From: a virus
Taxonomy: Duplodnaviria; Caudoviricetes
DNA length: 64,000 nucleotides
IMG/VR virus record: IMGVR_UViG_3300025875_000006
Span: 25,614-89,613 of that record
Strand: one strand, 5' to 3'
This document shows positions 45,115 to 55,700 of the stretch, one piece after another (position 1 is the stretch's first letter; every line of letters begins with the position of its first letter). Position numbers and translations under genes: made by a program. Under the pieces are notes generated by a model. That model saw only the letters and a program-made list of their open reading frames with translations. It was not told the DNA's origin and did no database searches.

Positions 45115-46767
45115 ATGGCGGGTGGGGTGCTTCGACGCAGCGGCCGGGCGACATCGACTCCGGAAGCGGTCACCGCATCCGCCAAGGTGGTCCAGATGCC
45201 CGAGCGCCGGGCCGCCACGGCCCGGTACAGCCAGCCGCGCGCGATCACCGCGTCGGCCGAGCAGGTGGACCTGGACCACGCCTGGCAGGAGCGGGCCAAG
45301 GGCGGGAGCTACCGGACCCGCCAGGAGGAGGCCTGGACCGGCTACGAGCGGGTCGGCGAGGTGCACTACGCCTTCAACCTGACCGCGAACATCCTCTCCC
45401 GCCTCCGGGTCTTCCCCGCCGCCATCCCGGAGAGCGACGAGGCCCCGCAGGGGGCCAAGGACGCCGCCGACAAGGGCCGCATCTCCTCCGACCTCGCGCG
45501 TGACGCCGAGGAGACCATGCGGGAGATCAGCGGCCCGACCTTCGCCGGGCTGGTGCGCAGCTTCGCGCTGAACGTCAACGTCCCCGGCGAGTGCTACATG
45601 GTCCGGCTGCCGGGCGAGGACCGGCAGGGCAACAAGACGGTCCAGTGGAAGGTGGTCTCCACCGACGAGCTGGTCTTCGACCAGCAGGGCGCGTGGCTCC
45701 GCCCGATCAAGGGCGAGACGACGCAGCAGAAGCGCCTGGCCAAGGGCACGTTCGTTGGCCGCATCTGGCGCGCGCACCCGCGCTACTCCGGCGAGCCCGA
45801 CAGCTCCATGATGGGCGTGGCCGACGCCGTCGAGGAGCTGCTGATCCTCCAGCGCCTGGTGCGCTCCGCGACCCGCACGCGGCTCAACAACGGCCTGCTG
45901 TTCCTGCCCGACGGCCTGCTGACCAACCGCATGTACATGGCCCTCCAGGGCCTGGCCGAGGACGGCCAGCCGCTCCCGCCCGAGGAGCTGGAGGCGATGG
46001 CCTCCGACCCGGGCAACCAGCTGGTCGCCGACATCATGCAGGCCATCGTCACGGCCATCTCCGACGAGGGCGACGCCGCTGCGGTGGCCCCGATCATGGT
46101 CACCGGTGACGGTGGCCTGGCCGAGCAGATCAAGCACATCACCTTCGAGCGCGGGTCCGACGACTGGCTGGTCAACCGGACCGAGCGCGCGCTGGAGCGC
46201 ATCCTCCAGGGGATCGACGTCCCCAAGGAGGTCGTGACCGGGCTGGCCAACGTCAAGTACAGCAACGCCCTGGTCATTGACGAGAACCTCTACAAGGCGA
46301 CCATCGAGCCGCTGGCGCTGGTCCTGGTGGACGCGCTGACCGAGGTCTTCCTGCGGCCTCTGTTGAGGGCCAAGGGCTATAGTGAGTCCGACATCAACCG
46401 GATCGTGGTCTGGTACGACCCGTCCGAGATCGTCACCCGTCCGAACCAGTCGGCCGACGCCAGCGACGGCTTCGACAAGTTCCTGGTCGGCCCGGGGGCC
46501 TGGCGGCGCGAGCACGGCTTCGGTGACGACGACGCGCCGTCCGAGGCCGAGCTGGGGATGATGCTGCTGACCAGCGGCACGCCGCTCCCCCAGGACGTCC
46601 AGATGGCCCTGCTCCAGTCGCTGCTGCCCACCGTGCTGGGCAAGCAGCGGGAGGAGAACCAGGAGGGCCAGCCGGTGCCGTTCCCGCAGAGCGCCACCGA
46701 CGTCCTGACGCCCCCGACCGCAGCCACGGCCATCAACGACGCAGGAACCGGAGCGACCGCCGCGTGA
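45115..46767 (+). CDS. portal protein
   Basis: 550 aa; AWTGYERVGEVHY, VPGECY, WRAHPRYSGEPDS, NNGLLFLP; located between TerL and the head genes. Confidence 0.88.
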   Translation: MAGGVLRRSGRATSTPEAVTASAKVVQMPERRAATARYSQPRAITASAEQVDLDHAWQERAKGGSYRTRQEEAWTGYERVGEVHYAFNLTANILSRLRVFPAAIPESDEAPQGAKDAADKGRISSDLARDAEETMREISGPTFAGLVRSFALNVNVPGECYMVRLPGEDRQGNKTVQWKVVSTDELVFDQQGAWLRPIKGETTQQKRLAKGTFVGRIWRAHPRYSGEPDSSMMGVADAVEELLILQRLVRSATRTRLNNGLLFLPDGLLTNRMYMALQGLAEDGQPLPPEELEAMASDPGNQLVADIMQAIVTAISDEGDAAAVAPIMVTGDGGLAEQIKHITFERGSDDWLVNRTERALERILQGIDVPKEVVTGLANVKYSNALVIDENLYKATIEPLALVLVDALTEVFLRPLLRAKGYSESDINRIVVWYDPSEIVTRPNQSADASDGFDKFLVGPGAWRREHGFGDDDAPSEAELGMMLLTSGTPLPQDVQMALLQSLLPTVLGKQREENQEGQPVPFPQSATDVLTPPTAATAINDAGTGATAA

Positions 46768-49700
46768 GCGACCAGCCGCAGTACACCACCGCGATCATCG
46801 CGGCCGTCCCCACCGCCGAGGACCCGGTCCACGAGATCGTCGCCGAGGACGCGCACGTCACGCTCCAGTTCCTGGGCGAGGCGGCCGACCTCTCGGACGA
46901 GCAGATCGAGGGCATCAAGACGACGCTGGGCCTGATCGCGGCCAACGTCTACGCCTTTCCGGTGGACGTCTCCGGCACCGCCGAGCTGGGCCAGGACAAG
47001 GCCCAGGTGCTGCTCATCCAGAGCACCATGCTGACCAAGATCAGGGAGACGCTGGGTCTGGACGAGTCGGTGTCAACCGCCGTCGCCAGCGTGGAGCAGT
47101 TCCCGAACTGGATTCCGCACCTGACCATGCAGTACGAGGGCGAGCAGCCCGACGTGGCCGCCTTCAAGGAGGTCACCATCGGCTCCCTGGAGCTGTGGCT
47201 GGCCGACGAGCACCTGGTCTTCCCGCTGGGCGAGTCCGCGCCGGTCACCGCCGCCGGGTACAAGACCTTCACCGAGCACCTGCACCCGCGCGGTGCCGAC
47301 GGCCGGTTCATCGAGAAGTTCGGCGTGGTCAAGTACCTGACCGCCAAGGGCTGGGCCTACGGCAAGGTCGAGGGCATCTACGAGGAGAACGACCAGGTCA
47401 AGCTGACGGTCACCCCGTCGGACCTGGCCGGGAAGACCCACGGCGAGTCCCTGGTCCTGAGCCCGAAGCAGGTCTACCGGGCCCCGAAGACCAAGGCCCA
47501 CCTGAAGACCTCCGACGTCGGCGTGACCAAGATCGGCGGCCAGGGCGGGTCCAACCCCGGCGGCATGTACCAGATGCCGTCGATCACGCCGCAGAGCCTG
47601 GACGACGCGGCGGCCAACGGCGTGGCCACCGAGAAGTTCTACGTCAAGAAGCCGAAGACCAAGAGCCACGGCGCGAACGAGGCGCTGGCCAACGCGCTGT
47701 ACGAGGAGGCCGGGGTCCCGGTCCCCGAGGTGGACTTCCACGCCGACGGCCAGCTCTACAGCAAGGTCATCGACGGCGAGCAGAACATGGCCGCCAAGCT
47801 GAAGGACCCGGAGTGGACCGACCAAGTCCGCCGGAACTTCGCCGTGGACGCCTGGCTGGGCAACCGCGACGTCTTCGGGATGACCTACGACAACATCCTG
47901 ACCGACGCCAACGGCGTGCCCTGGCGCATCGACAACGGCGGGGCGCTGCTCTACCGGGCGATGGGCGAGAAGAAGACCGACTTCGGCTCCAAGGTCAGCG
48001 AGCTGGACGCCTTCCGGCAGGGCAAGAAGGCCGCGATCTACGGGCCGGGCATGACCAAGGCCCAGGAGATCGACGGGGCCGAGCGCGTCGTGGCCATCAC
48101 GCCGCAGCGCATCGAGGAGATGGTCAGCGACGCCGGGCTCCCGGCCTCCCTGGCCGACACCCTGAAGGCCCGGCGGCTCTACCTGGCCAACTACTACGGC
48201 CTCCAGCTCCCGGAGTCCCAGAAGGCTGCCGAGGCCCAGGAGGGCTCCACCGCGCCCGTGGTGGACACCGCCGACCTGGCGGCCAACAAGGGCAAGCCCC
48301 GGGGCTGGTTCAAGACCACGCTGGCGCAGGCCGCGATGCTGCTCCAGGGCGGCGACAAGATCGAGCTGCCCGACGGCACGACCCGGGTCTTCGGCATCGA
48401 CGGCACCGGCAACGCGCTGTCCATCGTCGGCGAGCAGGCCAGCCTGCTGGGCTGGCAGCAGGAGTTCGGCCCGGCGGCCGAGGTCTACTTCCGCAAGACC
48501 GCCAAGGAGGCCGACGCCGTCCGGCCCGACCACGGCCAGAAGCTGAAGGGCAGCGACCTCGCGGCCCAGCGCTGGCACCGGGGCGACAAGATCAGCGCGC
48601 TCGGCATGGGTGCGCCGCTGAAGATCAAGGGCTGGAACGACAGCACCGGCGCGGTGCTGGTCGAGCACCCCGACGGCAGCCAGCAGCTGCTGGACACCTT
48701 CGGGGCCGACGGCAACACCACCTGGACCGTCGAGCGCTGGGACCCGCCAGCGGTTGACACGCTGGTCGAGGACATCCCGGCCACGCCGGTGCCGACCGTC
48801 TCCCAGCTGGAGGACGTCGTCACCAAGGCCAGCGAGCCCGAGGTCGAGGACGACCTGGTCAGCTACAAGGCCACCTCCGACGGTGCCTACGAGCAGGCCC
48901 CCGCCGTCGCGCCGGGCAAGACCGGCCAGGCCGCCGAGACCGAGGCCGCGCTGAAGGCCGACCTGGTGACCCCGCTGCCCACCGGCAGCGGCGCTCCCGC
49001 GCCGGGCAAGACCACCGCGCCCGGCGGCGCGAAGACGATGGTCGTGGGCGACGGCACCGAGGCCAGCACCGGCGACGCCGTGACCAGCAAGAAGGACGGC
49101 AAGACCTACACCTTCGTCAAGCCGAAGGGCCAGTACGCCGTCGTCACCGACCCCAACGGCGACGACCCCACGAAGCAGCTGCTGAAGCTGGCCAGCACCA
49201 TGACGCAGCCGGGCAAGCTCCCGGCCGGTGACCTGGACGTCGAGCTGCCGAAGACCGCCACCGGCGAGGTCCCGGCGCTGGGCATGATGGCGCAGGCCAA
49301 GGACGGCTGGGCGGGTGAGATCACGCTCATCAGCCCCGACGGCAAGTTCGTCTTCATCACCGACGCCAACGGCAAGCGGAAGCGGAAGTCCACCGGCACC
49401 GTCTCGATCACCGGCGGCGTCGTCCCGGCGGCCGAGCAGCCGCAGGTGGCCGTCGGGCCGGTCAAGGACTACGGCCCCGAGGTGTTGCAGCCCTGGAAGG
49501 GCGAGGAGAAGGCCACCGGCTGGCTGGCCGTGGACGACCTCACCGCTGCCCAGATGGTGCACGTCAGCTACGCGGACGGCACGCACGGCCTGGAGCCCTA
49601 CACCGGGCAGCCGCTGGGCTCGCTCCAGGTCAACAGCCAGGAGAAGGTCGCCGTCTTCGGCAGCCTGAAGGACTACCTCGGCCCCATCGCGCCGAGCCAG

Positions 49701-52700
49701 CTGGCGGCGGCCGGGAAGGCCGACAACGGGGCCACGACCTACCAGGTCATCTTCATGGGCAACGTCTTCTTCACCGACGGGACGACGGGCCCCAGCGGCG
49801 GCCTGGTGCTCTGGTACGCCGACGACAACGACGGCGACCTGCCCGGCACCGACGCCTTCGAGATGCCGCTGGGCGGCAAGCCGCTGATGACCATCATCGG
49901 CAGCGAGAAGGCCACCAGCGTGCCGCTGGTCATGCCCGAGATCGGCAGTGTGGCGTTCCAGGCCGCCGACGAGGTGACCTACGACGGCTTCGTCACGCCG
50001 ATCCTGTACGGCGACGAGGCCAAGACGCTGTCGGGCTGGAAGGGCCAGCTGTCCCCCGGCCAGGAGATCAGCCTGGACGGCCAGAACTGGCTGTCGATCA
50101 AGGCCGTCAGCCCCAGCGGCTCGGTCACGATCACCACCGGCAACGGCCAGGACGTCTTCATCAACCCCTGGTCCTCGGCCACCTACGTGGTCAAGGCCCC
50201 GGCGCTGGTGGACGGCGACGCTGCTCCGAGCCAGGCGGTTGACACCGACGACGACCTCGGCCCGGTCCTGCCGAAGAAGAAGGGCACGGACCTGGTCGCC
50301 GGGGACGTGATCAAGGACTTCGAGGGCAACATCTCGGTGATCAAGTTCATCGAGCCCGACGAGTCCTACGGCGACGGCACCAGCGCGCTGAGCGTGCACG
50401 CCTACGGCGGGCCGGTCGAGGGCGAGTACATGCCCGGCAGCGCTGAGCTGCCCTTCCTGGGCAACGCGGCCGAGGGCTTCGTCAGCCTGAAGCTGGCCGA
50501 CCAGGTGGAGCACTTCTACCCCGGCCTGAAGATCGAGGTCAGCTCCACCGAGCAGCTGACCGTGGCCAGCTACCCGAGCCTCCAGTTGGACACCGGCGGC
50601 TTCAAGTTCGCCGCGATGGTCAACGGCGACCCCGACGACCTGATCCTGGTGGACACGCACGAGGCCTTCGGTCCCGAGGCCGTGCTGCCCATGCAGTTCG
50701 CGCCCGGGTCGAGCGCGAGCGAGCTGGGCCTGGACATCGCCAAGCTGAACGAGCTGTTCAACCCGGCCCCGACGGTCGAGACCCCGCCGGACCACTACTG
50801 GCTGATGACCGAGCAGGGCCTGACTTTCGGCACTGCTCAGTACCCGATCTTCTTCAACGCCGCCGACTCGTCCTACTACCGCAGCGGTCCGAACGGCGTG
50901 GAGGGCTGGATCGACGGGAAGTGGGAGGCCGACGCCAGCCTCTCCGTCGTCGGCATGGACAAGGTCTGGGACGGCGCTCCCTTCCAGGGTGCGCTGGTCA
51001 TCCCGGAGAACACCGACCTGACGCTGTACGGCGCGGGCGCGGCGAACTACAAGCCGAAGCCGGGCGAGGCCGTCGCCATCGTCACGCTGGCGTCGGGCAA
51101 CGCCAGTGCGCTGGTGGTGTCCCCGTCGGGCAGCTTCGCGGGCGACCAGCACGTGATGACCATCGACGGCAGCGGCAACCTGCTGACGCCGGGCTACACC
51201 GCCGACTCCCTGCTGGGCGGCGGCAGCACGCTGAACGTCATCCACGACCCGTTCGCCTCCGAGGCGGCCGACAGCAAGCCGCGCGTGACCCACCAGGACG
51301 GCCCCCAGCCGCCCGCTGCCATCGGCCAGAAGCTCCAGAGCGTCGGGTACACCCCGAAGCCGGGCGAGACGCTGTGGGCCGTCCAGACCGAGGACGGCAA
51401 GACCGTCGTGCTGGTCAAGCAGCCCGACGGCAACTACCTGAAGCTGATGACCAGCGGCCAGCTGGGCTCCAAGGTCTGGACGACCGAGGAGCTGCTGGGC
51501 TGGGACGCGCAGCCCAACCTGTCGCACTTCACCTGGACCTACCTGCCCGAGGGTGCGGACGCGCCGACCGCCGTGCCAGGTCTGCCCGAGGGCTACGCGC
51601 CGTTCGTGCCGGGCGAGGGCCAGTCCCTGCTGAAGGTCACGCTGGCCAACGGCAAGACCAACGTCTACGTCCAGAAGCAGACGGGCGCGGGCTGGTACGA
51701 GCTGGGCCCCGACGGCTCGGTCAACGAGTCCTCCGACGCGGTGAAGTCCAACCACGTCGTCCAGCAGAAGCTGTCCACGGCCAGCAGCGGCAGCGCGGCG
51801 AAGTACGAGCTGCTGCACCCGCTCCCCGAGGGCCTGAAGCCCGCCGGGGAGAGCGCGGCCGTCCCGACGCTGAGCAACAAGAGCGGCGGCGAGTGGACGC
51901 CCGAGCCCGACCAGAAGGTCATGGCGCTCACGAGCTTCGACGGCGACACCGACCCCTGGTTCTTCTTCCAGGAGGCCGACACCGGCTGGTGGGTGCCCGC
52001 GCCGAACACCGAGGGCGCGTCCGGCAGCGGCGGCTTCAGCAACGAGCAGGCCCAGGAGTTCATGGCCGCCACCACGGCGGGCAAGTCCGGGTCGCAGTAC
52101 AAGCTGGTCTACGACGGGTCTGCCGCCGCCGCTGCGGGCCCGGCTCCGGCGTTCTCCGGCTACACCCCGAAGGCTGGGGAGGAGGTCTTCCAAGAGCCCA
52201 ACGGGTCGCACTGGGTGGTCAGCGGCAGCACCGTCTACCCGGTCAACGACGACGGCACCCTGTCCGAGGCCGGTTCGATGTCCAAGGCGGCCTGGGACGC
52301 CGACCCGGCCATCAGCTCCGGGGACGTCATCGCCAAGGTCTGGCCTGCTGCTGCCTCGGCGGTTGACACGCCGCCGAGCTTCGGCGGGTACACCCCGGTC
52401 ACCGGCGACCAGGTGCTCCAGGAGCCCGACGGCACATACTGGGTGAAGTCGGCGGCCGACAAGAAGTGGCACGCCGTCACCGTCCAGGGCACCCTCTCCC
52501 AGGCCTCGCTGGACGACGTCGAGTGGGGCCAGTCCCAGGTCGCCGGGACCACGCAGGCCTGGCCGGTGCCCGGCGGCTCGGTCAGCGACCCGGCCACGGG
52601 CGGGGTCTTCGAGGGCTACCAGAGCGCGCCGACCGACAACGTCCTCCAGGCGGTGGGCCCGGCCGGGTCGTTCCACCTGGTCAAGCTCGCTGGCAAGGGC

Positions 52701-55700
52701 ATCTGGCAGAAGGTGCTGCCCGGCGGCCAGCTGGAGGACGCCGAGGACGGCTTCAGCCAGGACTCCATCGAGTACGCCACCACCTCCCCGAACAACCCGG
52801 TCACGTTCACCGTGCTCCAGGGCAGCGTGAAGGCGGGCGCGGTCACCGAACCCGCCGAGCCGCTGGTGGCGCAGCCCTACGCCGGGGTCGCCTCGCTGAC
52901 CCTGCTGACCCTGCTGACCCCGGGGACGTACAACTTCGGCGGCTACACGCCGACCCCGGAGCAGACCAAGAAGATCGAGCAGTACGCCAGCGTGCTGCAC
53001 GTCGGTCAGTCGATCTACGCGCTGGAGGACAGCACCGGCGGCCTGCCGACCACCGGCGTTGTCCTGCGCAAGGCCGACGGCAGCTGGGAGACGATCTACG
53101 CCAACGGCGACAAGGTGCTGATCGCCGGGTCCGACCAGGGCATGGAGGAGTACGCCCAGTCGGCTGGCTGGACGATCCACAAGGCGCAGTTCACCGCCCC
53201 GATGGCGGCTCCGGCCGCGCCGAAGACCTACTCCGGCCCGACCATCTCCGGCTGGGCGGACCTGGGCATCCCGGACCCGGCCACCTTCGGCTACCTCGCC
53301 AGCCCCGGCGACGAGCTGCCGTCGGCCTCGGTGGGCGACTGGGTCTACATGCAGGGCAACGACCCGAGCGCGGGCATGTTCGGCAAGATCGCCGCCGTCC
53401 CCGGGGTCAACGACAACACCGTGGCGCTGTCGGACTACGTCATGGTCAAGGACGGCAAGACCGGGGCCCCGAAGTCCCCGGCCGTGCCGGTGCACATGCC
53501 CATCACCGCGATGGAGGGCTTCTACCTCTCCAGCTCGCAGGGCACCGGTGCCGCCCCGAACACGAACCCGGGCGTCACCTCTACCCCGGCGGCCCCGAGC
53601 ACGCCTGCGGCCAGCGCCCCCAGCGCCCCGCAGGCGGCCTCTCCGGCCGCTCCGGTGGGTCCGCAGTACCCCGGGGCCCAGAAGCCGAGCCAGGAGGACA
53701 TCAACGCCTGGGGCGGTGCGCTGACCAAGGACGGCTACATCCCCTCGCCGGGGATGTTCGTCTCGGGCAAGGGCCCGATGACCGGCAAGATCGTCTCCGT
53801 CTCCAAGGACAAGACCAAGGCCGTCGTGCTGAAGGCCGACGGGACGAAGACGACGCGCCTGATCGAGGCCATCAAGACCGACAAGTCGGCCAACTACAGC
53901 GCCTACGCGGCCCCGGCCACGCTGAAGGACATCCCGCAGGGGATGCCGCTGGCGGTTGACAGCGTCGCCGAGGTGCTGGCCAAGACCCCGCAGGACGGCA
54001 AGTTCCGCGCCATCCTCTCGGCGCACCCCGGCGTGAGCCACGGCCAGATGACCGTGACCAAGGCGACCGGCCCGTCCGGCAAGGTCTACAGCCGGGTGCA
54101 CATGACCCTGACCCCGGCGCAGCGCGAGCAGCTGATGAGCCTGCTGGCGGGCGTGGGGGAGAAGGGCGACTGGGCGACCAGCTCCAAGTCCTCCGAGCAG
54201 GTCGCCATCGGCGACCAGCTGCCCATGCGGAAGTCCTCCACGGACAACCCGGACGGCACGCCGCGCTGGAAGGTGGACCCGTCCCAGGTGCCGCCGACCC
54301 ACAAGGTCACCGGCGTGGCCGACGACCCGTCGGGCTCCGGCGTCAAGATCGTCACGATGGCCAACATCCAGACCGGCGAGGTCATCACCAGCCGCTTCCA
54401 CCCCGGCAAGCCGCTGACGACCTATGCCTGGGACCCGAACAAGCCGAAGAAGGTGGCCCCCGGGGCCTTCAGCATCGGCGAGACGGCCAAGGCGATGGGC
54501 TGGGCGCTGGCCAACGACGGTGGCATCTCGGCGGCCAAGAACGGCGCGGGCGACGCCCAGCTCTACAACGAGCCCGGCAGCTCGGTCACGAAGTCGGCGT
54601 TCCAGCACTCCAGCACCAGCTGGCAGACGCTGCGCAACGTCAGCGAGGACGGCGTGGTCATCGAGCTGGTGGACCCGAAGGGGTCGGACAACAAGTCCAC
54701 CACCGGCACGACGGTCATCTCCGTCCCCGAGGGCCTGGACGAGAAGGCCCTGGGCGCGGCGCTGAGCAAGCTGGGCGTGGACTACTCGCCGATGACGCAG
54801 GACAGCGCGAAGGACAACGTGCGCGGGATGCTGCGCACCCTGCTGAGCCTGGACATGAGCGACGTGGACACGGCCAAGGGCTGGAGCGACGACAAGCTGT
54901 TCACGCAGGCCGGGAAGACGATGGGCATCACCGACCTGGGCTGGCACGACGTGCTGGTCGGGGTGGACGAGTCCACCGGCACCCCGGCGTACTTCTGGTC
55001 CGACCGGGCGCGCAACGCGCTGGCCGCGAAGTCCAAGGTCAACGTGATCTACCGGTCGGCCAACAGCGCCGACGCGGCTCAGATCGTGTCAACCGTGAAG
55101 TACGGGTCGGCCAGCTCCATCCTGAAGCGCACCGCCGGGATGCTGGACGGCACCGGCTCCACCGGTTCCGGTGCTTCCTGGAGCACGGACAACGGCAACC
55201 ACGCCGGGCACGGGTCCTACGCCTCCGCCGGGGTGCACTCCAAGCTGCCCAGCGGCAACAACCAGGCCAGCTACAAGCACAGCGGGATGATGGTCTACCA
55301 CCGCCCCGAGGCCGTCCTGGGCCGGATCATGGACTACCGGACCGGCACCGGGGACGTCTACGGCAAGGGCAAGGGCTCCGGCTCGGACCACCTGGCCTAC
55401 GCCACGTCGCTGTCCTCGGTGACGGACTTCTTCCTGGGCGGCGGGCTCCCGACCGAGGCCGTCGGCTTCATCGCGGTCAGCGACCAGAGCGAGCGGGCCA
55501 AGGCCATCGAGAAGCTGAAGGCCGACGGCTACAGCCACATCAACGGCCGCCCGGTCGAGGAGATCGTCATCCTGAAGTCGCAGGCCCAGAACATGAGCCC
55601 GAACGACCTGCCGCCGGTCACGCTGCCCAGCAACGCCCGGCCGATCCTGGACCTGCCGACCTCCTACGGCGCGGCTCCGTCCGCCGCCGATGCCACCGTC

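Noticed and set aside
48500-50340. Hint/intein domains in the giant protein (DL..GD motifs)
   Set aside because: No N-terminal Cys/Ser block, TxxH or HN-C end; better read as SH3/KOW-like strands.
47073-54947. 2624-aa minus-strand ORF and other long shadow ORFs (2897-5263, 14435-17929, 32091-33806, 59436-61538)
   Set aside because: Antisense or off-frame shadows of GC3-rich real genes; no RBS or motifs, Arg/Gly/Ala-biased translations.
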